A stretch of DNA of 62,618 nt, counting the filler, from Sphacelaria rigidula (lineage: Eukaryota), in the NCBI GenBank assembly GCA_964200075.2. It is 8 parts of 8 records of this genome, joined end to end, with 100 filler letters (N's around TTAATTAATTAA, not from the genome) between each part and the next. Parts side by side here need not be neighbours in the genome. Positions count along the whole stretch, not along the records: positions 23,521 to 31,260 come from CAXNAA020013610.1; positions 31,361 to 39,100 come from CAXNAA020013611.1; 6 more parts are not named here. One strand, 5' to 3'. The notes under the pieces are model-generated. The model saw nothing but the letters and a program-made list of their open reading frames with translations. It was not told the origin of the DNA and made no database searches. The stretch's first letter is position 1. Every line of letters begins with the position of its first letter. Shown here piece after piece: positions 23,630-35,784 of this stretch. The position numbers and the translations under genes were made by a program.

Positions 23630-26166
23630 GTGATGGCGTAATATACTAGATCAAGTAAGTGCAGCAGGCGCCAAAATGTTCGCCAGGAGGAATGTGCCGA
23701 CGATTCTGCCACGTATGATAGGTGTGATGGGACGATGAAACATGTGGATGTCTGCGCGGTGTGAGATTACTCGCTATGGGTCGGCAGTATCCACAGGCAC
23801 GAATCCCACACTCCCAGCAGGTGCGTTGTACTTCCTCCAATGTTAATACACGTAATACCTACTCCCTTGGCTGCCACGACTCCTTTCGGAACAACGTCAT
23901 TGTTGGAACCTCATCGCCACATCACAGCTGCCGTAACATAGTACGTGGAAAAACCGCCCGTGCTATCCTCTACAACAATACAGCAGAGTGTCATTTTTAT
24001 TTTCAACTCGCGGAAGTACTTTGCGCCGGGTTCGGCACCAGAAAGGTACATCAGAAAACATTGTTCCGAAAGAAGGCGTGGCACGCAAGGGGGGACACCA
24101 GAGAAATCGTACTGAGGCTTGCCCTGTCCCTCCTTTGGCTCATATTTTCATTTTTTCTCGCATACCTCGAGAAATTCGAAATTAGCATCGAATCACCTGT
24201 ATTGTGGCGAAACAATAACGGGAAAGGCGATGCTATGGGCTCAAGGAACAACGTGTTCGGGAGATTGAGAATAGAGGATATGATGAGGCCCTTGACATTG
24301 CTGAGTAGGATATCGACGTGTAGCTGTGAGCACACATTAGTGATTGAGGCAAAGGAAAGCACACACGGCGCGGAAGAATGGCTACGTTCAAGCGAATCAT
24401 TACCGAAGTCGAAAACAACACTTCGTGTTGTCTCTCTGGTGCCAACATTCAACAATCACCTCAAAACTCGAAAAATTATGCTCTGCGTGGCTTGGATTAT
24501 TGCCACAGAGCTTCGGCCCGCCCAGCTCGTACCATCTTCGTTTTCGACGCTCCAGGGGGAGGGGTGAAATGCCATCATCTTCGACAATATCGACCTGACT
24601 CGGTTTCAGGAGGACAATCCCACTCCCGCTCTTCAGGATCTCCCAGCAAATTCAGAAAAAAAGGCTAAAAACTGCAGAGCAGAAAGTCCTGGGGCCCGTT
24701 TTGTGGCGAACATTCGAGAATCATCAAGGGATATCACGAGGCCAATCGATCATATTTTTCACAGACGAGAATCCGAACTGCGCGGAAATGGCACGTACAG
24801 TAGTGGAGGTGAAGTTCCGTCGTTACTGTACCTCAATGAAGAAGCGTTTTCATCGAGATTGTATCAGGAAAAAAATTGTTGTCGGAAACGAAACGACACA
24901 CGATGCTTCTCAAGTGAAAATTGACTTCATCATCATGATTCATCTGAAGAGCGCACCAAATGACAAAACATAGATGGCACGAAATTCATCGCCAGGACGA
25001 ATAAAAGTCAAGTCACCCACTCATTTTTGTCGCTTACAACAGACATTACGCACTTCCGCACGTATGTTAGTGGGCTGGCGATGAATTATGCCAAAATACG
25101 CCGTAGGGGACTATCAAAAAACGATATATTTAAAAAATCATGTATATTTTTATTTACTTCTTGTCGATCTACAGCTGCGAAGTCCCGAAACAAAACAAGT
25201 AACACACTTTTCTCGGCTCTCCTCCCCACCCTCCACCCCACCAGGACACTTTGTACCATTCCGCCCTCTGTTCCCTCCGCGCAATGGAACGGTCAAACTT
25301 ACCACTAATCATGCCCCCAACTGCCCTCTTCGGTCTAGCACGCTGTATTTACAAGAAGCGGACCACAAAGAATATAAACATCGATCGACCCTGCTTTCTT
25401 CCAGGTTATGAAGATCTTCAACTGCTGGGTTGCGACGAACCCGTCCGCACGCTGACCACGTACTGCGGAACGGGGTGAACAATACCTCTACTCTATATCT
25501 TATCTTATCCCTTCATTTGCATCACAGTCTCTCTCAGCTTCATGGGAATCAAGTCAGTCGCAATATTCTTCAACACACGCATGGAAAGAAAAAGAAAATG
25601 ATCGAACAATAAAAACACGGCCCACGGAAAAATGAAGCAGACCCACGGCAACTATTATCAAAACACGCGAAAAAAAATCAAGTACCTGAGGCGTTCGGTA
25701 CGTCCCCGTGCTCGACTCAGCAACTTCGAAGGCACATGGGCTAGCACCAATTTTCGCCTGGGTTTTTGTTGTAAGTCAGAAATCACCTAGAAGCTTGATC
25801 TATCTCATCTCGAAGCATACCGTACTTTTCTCTTGAAACTCGTTGAAAATCTCATGTACTGAAACCATCAAATTAAATGGGTAAGCCTCCTCCCCCCACA
25901 GGAATAGATCACTATCAAGCGCTGACCCTCTTCGTGAACCCCCCGCACGTTCCCGCTTGTACTCTTTGCGACACATCGCAACCATGCCTCACCTTCTGTT
26001 TCCAAACCTTCTCAAAGCCCACACACGTATATCGCAGTACAATATCAGCACGCGCTAAACTCATCATGTTTTCTAATCGTATTCCCTCCCCTCCCCCCCC
26101 CTACGGACTCTTCCGTTTCAGGTTTCCAAGTGCTGCGACGTTTTTAAATGCGCCCGTAACAGCGCT

Positions 26167-26747
26167 TCAAAGTGCAATCACTGCACTGGGTGGCGAGACG
26201 AAGGTTGCCCCACCATTTCCTCCACTGTAAAACATGAGCAGCTCCTCATCTGCCCCGATCCCGATACCGCTGGCATCCACGGCCCCCGAGCCACCTTCAT
26301 GTATGTCTTCGGTCATGAGGTCCGCGAAGAGGTGGTCGACGGCGTCCTCGGCGCTCGTCAAACACCCCCCTTCCGTGCTCTCACCCTCTCCCTCCCCGTC
26401 ACCTCGTTCGCTGTCGGAGGAGGACGTTGAGCAAGCACCGGACATGAGCTCCTCGTCTTGATCCTCCCCATCTGTGCAACCATCGCCTATCGAGCCGTCG
26501 GCGCTGCTGACGCTACGCGGCGCAAAGTCGGTGCTGCCGTCCGTTTTTTGTTCCATCTCTGCCCCTCGTTGGGTCAATGTTCCTTTCGTGTCGACCACGG
26601 TCCGCTGCGTCAAGGCAGGCGCGGGAACACTTTTGCTGTCATGGTCGTTTTCGTTGTTGATCCTGTGGCCATGCAGGACGACGGCTGTTGCAGGGGGTCT
26701 TGCAGTCTGCTGTTGCTTCTGTTTCATGCTGGGTTTTGTCTCCGCTG
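26167..26747 (-). CDS. Acidic C-terminal region of the bZIP factor, reached after removal of the unconventional intron
   Basis: Same frame as bZIP ORF; ..AAETKPSMKQKQQQ...DGEDQDEEL...AVDHLFADLM...DEELLMFY...SAVIAL*; in-frame TGA at 26763-26761 lies just upstream of the 3' hairpin. Confidence 0.75.
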
Positions 26748-27092
26748 CTGGAAGACTGGTTCAGGCCGGGATCACGGATCTTTGCACCCCCCAGCGCCAC
26801 CACCCCTTCCCCTCTTTCGGCCGACAGACTTTGTCCCGATCCTCGGTACGCTTTACCCCACACGTGACTTCCCCCGGATCCGCCATCCCTCCCCCCCCCA
26901 TCCCTAAAGGGACAGAGGTGGGGAGCAACGAGAGGAGGGGGGGAGGGTACGCAGTGGGGTCGAACACATAACGAAGAATTGAGAGAAAGGGACAGGTCGG
27001 CGGGCGGGAGAGGTGGGAGGGTGGCAGGGAAGGAAAACACAAGATATGTGTGATGCTACCCCGGCCCGATTAAAAGTGTTACGCAAACACTG
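26748..27092 (-). other. Putative IRE1-type unconventional intron (345 nt)
   Basis: 5' hairpin CGCGAC-[CAG|CAGU]-GUUUGCG; 3' hairpin GUCUUC-[CAG|CAGC]-GGAGAC; inner 12-bp and outer 8-bp stems; in-frame fusion on removal. Confidence 0.8.
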
Positions 27093-27732
27093 CTGGTCGC
27101 GACATATTAAAGCATGAAGAAGTAGCCATGGCAGAATAGGCAGTGGACCCTGCAACCGTCGCCGAAGATGAAGCGCCGGTGTTGCTGTCGGGGGCCAAAA
27201 GAATCATGGAGTCGAAAGACGACGATAACGACGATGCGGATGCCCGGCAAGAGCAAGGCGCTGACGCCTGAGCCGGACGCGGGTACCAAGTGTACGGCGG
27301 CCGCGGCGCAGGGGTGGTGACCGCAACGGCGGGGGTCCCCGCGTGGTTGTTGATGGTGCCACCAGACTCCAAAGTTTTGATGCGGCGGCGCAGGCGGCGG
27401 TTCTCGTCCTCCAGGGATCCCACCTGCACCTCGAGCTCGCCGATGCGGTCGCTCTTGCGCTTGCGGGAGAGAGCGGCTGACTCCCGGTTCCTGAGCATCC
27501 GTTGCTGCTTGCGCTCCTCCTTCTCGTCGGAGGATCCACTAGCGGCGGCACCCGGAACACCCGGCCTAGAGTGCGCCGCCTGGGCCACGAGCCGTGCGCG
27601 GGCGGCGGCCAGCTTCTTGGCCCGCTCGGCTCGTGCCTGTGCGGCGTTGGGATTCATGAAGGAAACCTCGTCCAGGATATCGTTGCGCGAGGTCCTTGCT
27701 GTCGCGAACGGGGATATGGGTGTAGGTAGCAT
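27079..27732 (-). CDS. bZIP transcription factor, HAC1/XBP1/bZIP60-like (unspliced 217 aa; spliced 406 aa from this Met)
   Basis: ERKQQRMLRNRESAALSRKRKSDRIGELEVQVGSLEDENRRLRRRIKTLE = basic region N-x7-R plus leucine heptads; ends SRPAVFA*. Confidence 0.92.
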   Translation of the reverse strand: MLPTPISPFATARTSRNDILDEVSFMNPNAAQARAERAKKLAAARARLVAQAAHSRPGVPGAAASGSSDEKEERKQQRMLRNRESAALSRKRKSDRIGELEVQVGSLEDENRRLRRRIKTLESGGTINNHAGTPAVAVTTPAPRPPYTWYPRPAQASAPCSCRASASSLSSSFDSMILLAPDSNTGASSSATVAGSTAYSAMATSSCFNMSRPAVFA

Positions 27733-30700
27733 GGTGTTCGTAACGTCTACGCTTCCTCCTTGTGGATTCCCAGATTTCCCTCCGCTTGCCCCTGCTTCGA
27801 AAACGTTGTCCGTCTCGTTTCCTGTCGTTCACTCCCCTCGGAACTGAAAATATCGTGATGACGAACGACGAACCAAAACGATTACCAAATCTTGTTATAA
27901 GGAAACAGTCGGATCAAACGGCGTCCGGCCTCTTGGCGATTGAGGAATTCGATCACCCCGGGGGATTCTCGGGTGGTGCTGTGTGTTGTGTAGGCGTGAG
28001 TTCGTGGATATCCATATCACGAACGGAATATCAGCGCGGTGGAGGTATGGTTGAAGTGATGAGTCACCTAGAGTTCAGCAATCCATCTGTTTTGATGAAG
28101 TGGTGAAGGGTCCGCCCGCAAACAGGAAGGGGGAGGAGGAGGGAGGGGGGGGCGAGGAGGAGGGTTGAGTACGTGGTCAGAAAATTCAGCACATACCGTA
28201 CGAGTACTGTAGACGCACCGTGATCGAAAAACCCGTAATCAAATCTGACTCATTTTGGGAGTAGGACGAGAAGCGGAAAATCATGCGGGGGATTCGCTCG
28301 GGTGTTTTTGAAGATACAGTATCTCAGGATTTCCGGTCGATGAATGTAATTGGGCCACGGTTTGATGTGCGACATCACAAAAATCATCATGGTTGAACCG
28401 AGTATCATGGGTACATCCTGCAGCAGAAGTACGAGGTTGCCAAACGAATCCCCGTTGCTGGAAAATCCCGAGACTAGACGTGGTGCCACGGCACTGTACG
28501 GAACGATAGAGCGAGCCGCACACGACGCTGGTACCGGCGGGATGAGTACTGCCGAGCAGAGACCTAGATTCAACCACTCCTGGTGAATGTGTCAAGAGCC
28601 CACCAGAAACCATGGTTGTTGGCACTTCGTTCGTGTTACCTACTCGTGAGTGGTTCATGTGGAGTCGTATGGTTGGATATCTAATGTACGTACTTCAGTA
28701 TGTATAGCGAACGCGGGTACATATAAGCACCGTGTACAGAAAGAACCTTCAAAACCACATATCATGCCGTACAGCATAGCAGGGTGAGCCACAACCGGGG
28801 CTGGCATCGGCGGGATGAGCACTACTGAGTCAAGCAAAATTCCATCAATTTTCATGATCGTCGTACGGAGAAGATGAACTACGAACTTCAACCCAAGGAG
28901 ATAATAATGTGTTTTTGTGCCGTTGTACCAATGTACAAGGCAATTTAGAGCGCAGGGTCATGAGCTCAATATAATAAGACAGTTCAACAGTACGCGACAT
29001 AAAATGGCGTGAATCTTGGGCGGACATGGTACAGGCGCGAGATACCTGCAGCGACGACATCAGAGCGCGCTGTGGTGACGCAGACAAACGGGTTTTCATC
29101 ATGCGACTGCATTGTTCTGTGCCATCTTTCTCGACGCCAGACGAACTAGCCATGTTCCAAGTTGACCGCTGTACAGGTTGTGTAGAAAATGAGACGGAAG
29201 GACCCCGTGCCCTGACCGCAGAGAGTTATATTATATGTGGGTCATACTACTGTGTGAGACACACATCTGCAAGTGCTACTGCAGTGAAGAGCGAAAGCCG
29301 GCTTTGTGGCAAATCGTTAACTGACGACAGCGAACGAGCACACGGTGATGTTGGGCATTGAACTGCGCAGTCTTTGCGGTCGAAAATGCTACGGCTACCA
29401 GCTACAGTCCGCAAATCGTACTGTGTGACGCAACTTGTATCTGGGCTGTGTTCGAAGTTGTAGGGCAGGACATGGCAGGGAAGTAGCTATACTAGAGGAC
29501 CCCCAGCTTCTGCGCGCAGACCGCTTGGGGTTATGGGTATACTACGGTGGTGGATGGGCTCATCTACAGGGGCTGCTTGTACTGCAGTCAAAGGGGGAGG
29601 GAAGGCTCGCTGCGAAACCTCGAGTGACAGCACCGAAAGAGGGCATAGCGGTGTCAGCCACCGAATCAACAGTCTACACATCTGAAATATTGCTGCAACT
29701 GTCAGCTAGCCTCGAAGTACAACGCTGTAGTTGAACACAGCAGTACAAAGTATTACGCAGTTTGTCCATCTCATTTTCAAGTCATGCTTCACGTACATTT
29801 TTTTCACGTCCTTGTATCTCACACACGGCGCCAAGAACAGCACACCCCGACTACTGTCGGATCAGATAGATCTCAACGTCTATCGCGCGTACTAGCGGAC
29901 CCATCTACCGGTTGACTGCACATGAGTACGCGTCGTGAGAAGGCTCACCTCGAATGATACCGTAGCAGTTGAAACTTTCCAGTGTTGTGAGAGCAAGATC
30001 TTCAGTTGTGACGGTGGGAGGCTCCAACCCAAATCCAGAACATGTGACAGAACTTTTTCATAGGGGAAGACACGTGGACAAACGAGAATAGCAATAATGA
30101 CGCATAGAACCATTCCACGGGTTCTTGAAGTTCCGCTGTTTGAGAGTTCGAATATACGGTGAATAGACTGGAAGAGGTATATAATGTAATTTTTCACCTT
30201 GGAGGGTATAGTGGAGAAACGCGAACTCAACTGATAGCGGTTTTCTCGTCTGTCTGGTGAAAAACATCACCATTATAGCGCAGTCACTGCAGGCAAAATA
30301 TCGGCACCGCACCGAATGATTAAAGCTACTGTATTCACAATCCCCGAATACCCTTCGTGCAGCCTTCTTAGATGGTATGTGAGTTGCCAGCAGTGGTTGT
30401 ACTACTGTTGGCGTGAAGTGCAATCGCGGACAAATCTAGGAGAATTTGACTTGCTCTCGAAGTCAAGAGAAGGAAAACTCCAGTATGAGTAGCAACCTAT
30501 ACCTGCCTGCTGTGCTGCACAGACTGCACGCCACGACACCGTCTGCACGATAGGTGATGTCTACAGCTCGTGGTCTGGTGAGTATATCTAAACGCACGAC
30601 TGACATAAATCAAGCGTATAAAATATATACAAACTTTGTGTTGATCTTTTGAGGGCCTCTTGTTTTGTTCGGCAGAAATCTACTGCCTGCCGCTGACGAC

Positions 30701-31034
30701 GCCAGCAACAACAGCAAAGATGAAAACCTTAGCGATTTTCCAAACGCAACGCAGCTGCCCGGCTGTCTGCGCAGATACAACAACAGATCACAGGATCATG
30801 AAGCAGGTAGTGTGCTCGTGGAAACAGACCGTATGGTTATAACCAATGATGTATGTAGTCATCAAGTCACGCGTCAGATAACTCCTTCATTCATCTCCTG
30901 CTTGATCGGAAAAAAAAAAGGTGCGAAGACACGCCCTAATGAAAGATTTCATAGATGCTCTCCGCATGACTATTACCAGTATGGCCCGTATGGATTTCCC
31001 TACTGGCCTGTATCCGTACGCCCCCCGTAATTCC

Positions 31035-31116
31035 GCATCTCATACGAGCTGGGCCAGCAGTATATGCCGCATTTACATCTCCAACCATAACTCATCAAGT
31101 GTACCAAATCAGCTCG
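31035..31116. repeat. Dispersed repeat shared in reverse orientation with 39201-39280
   Basis: ctgggccagcagtatat.ccgcattt.catctccaaccat.actc.tcaagt.taccaaatcagctc. Confidence 0.75.
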
Positions 31117-32899
31117 ACTCGAGCATATCGCTGTGAAGTGCAGACCAACCTGGTAATGCACGGCACTGCCGCTGGTCGATTGGCGAAGTTTTAGCGATGA
31201 TAATATTATACTGCACTGAGTACCGGGAACGTCTCGTGTCGTTGCGTGATAGCGTGTCTGNNNNNNNNNNNNNNNNNNNNNNNNNNNNNNNNNNNNNNNN
31301 NNNNTTAATTAATTAANNNNNNNNNNNNNNNNNNNNNNNNNNNNNNNNNNNNNNNNNNNNCCACGGCTTATACACTGCCTCATGGGTGTCTCACCATATT
31401 AGCACGACGTAGTACGATCATCCCCATTGTGCGGAGTTCAGGTTCTCCCACGCCGCACGACATGATCTGGCTTGACTATCATCATGGTTACCGCAAAAAA
31501 ACGCAAGTGCGCAAAACAATCGGTAACCTGGTTGCCTAGCTTACGCGGTCAGTGGCGTGTTTTATAGCGTCAGCGCTAACCGACGCCAACCTCATCGGGG
31601 GTCCGCCCCTACAAAACCGGGACGGACCACCCCGGGTTCTCGCCGGGCCAGGCTAAAGGGTGGGTATGTGGGGACGGGGTTTGGTTGTTTCGGAGTGATT
31701 TGGCCACGAGCAGACAACAAACATAGATATATATATATCATGTGTCTACCCTGGTACAAATTTCACAGCAATGTCACGTATTGCATTATGTTTAGTTTCG
31801 AAATGTTTCCTCATATTGCAGTCGGTTGGGAATAATTGCCAAAGCGCATTCATGTAATGTTCCTGATTTGGAAAACTACCCGAACCGTTGGCGGATATAT
31901 AAAATGCCCATTCAGAACAACTCGTCGAACGTTGACGAACATCTGTTGGTGCAGAGCAAGTTGACCAAGCATTGCGGACAATCGACAGCCTCCTAGAAGA
32001 GCTCCTGAGTAACCCCGCAGATTGTTTCCCAACTTAGGTGTGCCTACATGAATATTCCCCGCCTGAACTGGTGCATCAGTGGCAAGAGCGCTCTAACTGC
32101 TGAGAAAATATGGCTCATGAGCAGAAACCCTTGCTCCCTTAAGCTACAGCTTGTCACGGACGGATACACTCCACTCCTTGTCCGTAGCCCCTTGAGCAAC
32201 CGCGGCATTCGTTCCGAGATTATGGAGACTGACAGTTCAACTAGTGCGGTTAGAAAATTACCTTGACATAAGCATACATGACCCCCACTAGTAGGCCGTT
32301 TGGGCGTGATTACATACTTAGTTCTATATTCTTTGTTGAGACCAATAGGATCACGAGGTGAGAATTTCCTGCCTAGACCACACGTTCAAAACGCGAAAGG
32401 CGATCGGGATCTCTATCCCTTCTCCTACTCTCAGCGCCACGAGCTCCCACTTGGGCAGCAGGAGGGTGTAAGGGGGACAAGCCCGCCATTGCGGCTTCAT
32501 GTGCATTGCTTGGGTGGACGTCACGGTATATCGTGCTCGTTCTGCTCAGTTGACTATCGAGGTGGAGAACAAAACTACGCGAAGGTCAGGCACAAGATGA
32601 AAACAATTCCCAACCACTTGTGAACGCACCGCTTACAGTATCCGGATGATCGTGTCGGTCAGATGATCGTGTGGATACAACAGCCCCGTTCTGTGTACTC
32701 AAACAGATTACTGCCCTCTTGCACTTGAGTAGGTGAGAAGAAGATGGAATATATGTGTTTCAAGTATTTTTACGTCACTTTTGACACGTAGAACATTTAT
32801 TTGATGAAAAGGCGCGAGGGAAATGAGTGAGGGAGGAGGGCGTCAAGCACCAGCCTGTCTCGACTGCCTACGATCTAAACTCTACTGTCGGCGCAAAAT

Positions 32900-34800
32900 C
32901 CGCGACCAGATTCCCGTACTGTTATGGGCGCGGCTGACCCCCCAGACTGGGCAAAAATAGTGTCACCGACCAAAATCACGAGAAGACACAAACATATCGA
33001 CTTTTGGAGCTTATTCAGGCTCGTCGGGTAAACTTTTCTCAACGTCATCGGAAGAAAACGACATGGATCCAAAATTCATACGGAGAACCCTACCGTTACT
33101 TCCGTCGTTGTTCCTCATATATTGCACGCCACTGCGTAGCTTTTGGTCCACGCTTGCGATACGCTGGAATGCCAGGAGGCTGGTTGGGTTGATCCAACCC
33201 AACGCACACCGAGAACCCTCGGGCAAGAGCGGTACATACGCCCTCTGAACAAAGTGAGACCTTGGTAGAGCCCAAATCTGTGCATGTGGCGCCGATTTCA
33301 ACGAAAACCCGTTCTGCTCACACGAGGAGCCCACGGAACTGTCAGTGCCACTTGAATTCCAATTCTCGTTGTACACACTCAAACCGAGTAGTATCAACCA
33401 TGAACATTTGTAGCCCAACGCCTGAAACGGGAACGCTGGACCATTTATTTTTGCAAAATCATAATATGCTCAATATGCGACAGAACCATATGTACTGATG
33501 AACTTCGACGAGGACGGCCCTTAAACAGACGAGTGGAGTACAGTCGCCGGGTGTGTCATGTAGGCTGGGCGGATGTTGGTCGGCTTCCTCGTCATGTTTT
33601 GAGGAGTTTGGTTTATCGGATCCCATCGTTCTATAAATTTAGCGGATGAATGACTCGCCCTGTGCAAGCGTATTTGTTGTTCCGTGGGTATGCCTTTTCA
33701 TTTCATGAACATGCATGATTTTCATCGAACTCCTCGGATATCGAGTTCCAAGAGGAAATGAAAACAAACCGTCGGTCGTCACCCACCACTGCCGATACAA
33801 CGGACGCGTGAATTGAGACGGGTTGGTCCACTCAAAGACATGAGTGGGGCTTCGGTACCATGTGGCTTCAGCAAAAGTGGACTGACGACTCTATGCTGTC
33901 TTCTGTGTCGCCTTGACGCAGTATAGTTGACCATTCGGGAGGGTGAGTTGATCCATCTTGATTTCATTGTGAACACCGAAATCCGGATCTTTTCATGGGA
34001 GCTGTGCTTATATTATGCACCTAGCGTGCCCACAACGCGTTTTTGTCTGAATCGGGGCCTGAGGCAACGATTTGAGGTCTGGCAACGCACACTTAGCTTA
34101 GGGAACACGTTGCACCCGCCTTGCCCGAGGATTCTCGGCATGCCCTTGTTGTGGTTAGGGATAGGTCTGGCGTTCTCATTTGTTCGCTTCGCTGCTGCAA
34201 GGTCGCAAAGATGATTCTTGATTTTGTTCATGCGACTCATGATCATGTCTATAACGACGGGTGTTGGAGTGTGTTGCCATTGCGGATACCGCTCTCTCTT
34301 CTTGAACGCCAGCTTGCTATGTGGCTTTCTTATCTCCTTCAGTTCAGAGTTTGTCCACACTTGCCGCCAGGTGAGATTAGATACAAAGCTACGCTATCGA
34401 TGGTGGCGTGGTGATGGCACCGGGTGCAGGAGAACGAGCGCTACTCTTGCCACAGACGAGGGTAAATATCCGCAGACACGGAAGCCTCTAGGGGTTCGGT
34501 CAAAGGTTCAAATTCTAAACCTGCCGAACATTCTACACATGCGATGTATCAACCATCTGCAGTATCAAGAGTCATTCATGGGTTTACTCTATTCTGAGGA
34601 CGTTGGACAGGGATGAGGTTTTCGCATGTCGTGGAAACCGGCGAGTGTTGGAGGCGCTGGTTTGCGCTCATAGCCCAAACGATTGGGATGCGTTTTTTTG
34701 CATCATCTGCGCCAAGACGGCAGCTACAAATCCGGAGGTCGATTTGTTTCATCTCATCAGGATTCACGTTTTATAACAAATTAAGTGAAGAAAACATGTT
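32900..34800 (-). pseudogene. Possible decayed XPG/PIN-type nuclease region of an AcademX-like transposon
   Basis: HDEEAD (33596-33579) and, 132 codons later in the same frame, VCTALARGFSVCVGLDQPNQPPGI resembling the GCD..S...G motif; stops present; boundaries approximate. Confidence 0.35.
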
Positions 34801-35406
34801 TTTGTTTTTCGCGATTTTCTCGATCACCATAACTCCTTTGGCTCCACAATTCTATCAGATTGTAGCTTGGACAAATACACGCCGGTGAGTAGCCTAGGCA
34901 CGCCGTGGTTCGTAGTCCGGGACGACGAAAATGGGAAATCGTCAAGTGGAAACCCCACTCAAATCACAAGTACTTTGGGGGATTTTACGGCGTGCATAAT
35001 CAGGGGATGAACGAGATCTCCGGTCGGTTCGTGCTTTTGATCGGTGACCCTTTTTTTGCCCATTTTGGGGGGTCAGGCGCGCAAGGAACCTTCTGAATAA
35101 CACTCCTAGAACACTCGAATACCCTGCAATTTCTCCGCGCTCGTGCTTCTGGCTTGTGGTTGTAGATCAACTATATTTATATTGAACACCCTCCCTAGCC
35201 TTATTGACTAACAACGCTAAGCACGACTTTATTATCGTCGAATAGACTACATGAGATCGAACTCCCTGCCATCATCGTTTTTCCAATAATGGTGTCTACC
35301 TCAAGAATAGAAAGAGAAACGGTGAAATGTACACCCTACTTGAGAGGAAATCATGGTGTCTTCCGAAATCTCTCTGCCAATGGCTTTCGTGAGAATATCC
35401 GCATGC

Positions 35407-35784
35407 GAGTCATGCTACGATAGGGGGGGGGGGGGGGGGGGGGGTTCGTTTCTAAAAAAAAAGGGGGGGGGGGGGTGTTGGAAGGGGGCGACCCCCCGCG
35501 GGGGGGGNNNNNNNNNGGGGGGGGGGGGGGGGGGGGGGTTGGGCGGGGGGGGCGTTCGATTCCACGAAAAAACGGTGTGGTAGGTGCTTCAGACGACGTC
35601 GCACACTCGCGGTGCGCTTGTATTCGGGTGAAGGCGGTGTCAAGCAGTATGAATGAGCATTATTCTTCGGGAGCGGGCGCGTTCAAACAACCGTTGCTAC
35701 TCTCAACGACGATTGCAGGTAGAATTTTGTGGAAAGAAACGGCCCAAAATAACCCCCCCCCCCCTCCCTATCGTACTATGACTC
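35407..35784. mobile_element. Sola2-like MITE, copy 2, inserted in copia RNase H
   Basis: TIR GAGTCATGCTACGATAGGG...CCCTATCGTACTATGACTC; 4-bp TSD ATGC; removal restores QHADILTK. Confidence 0.88.

Noticed and set aside
23761-24567. 268-aa ORF
   Set aside because: Crosses repeat boundaries and has no recognisable domain; probably chance
26100-26166. Yeast-type 3' bipartite IRE1-targeting element in the bZIP 3' UTR
   Set aside because: Only a short GGCGC match; insufficient without alignment
27079-27732. Aureochrome (bZIP-LOV)
   Set aside because: No LOV motif (GRNCRFLQG) in any downstream frame
31830-32300. Decayed transposase-like coding on minus strand
   Set aside because: No motif I can assign with confidence
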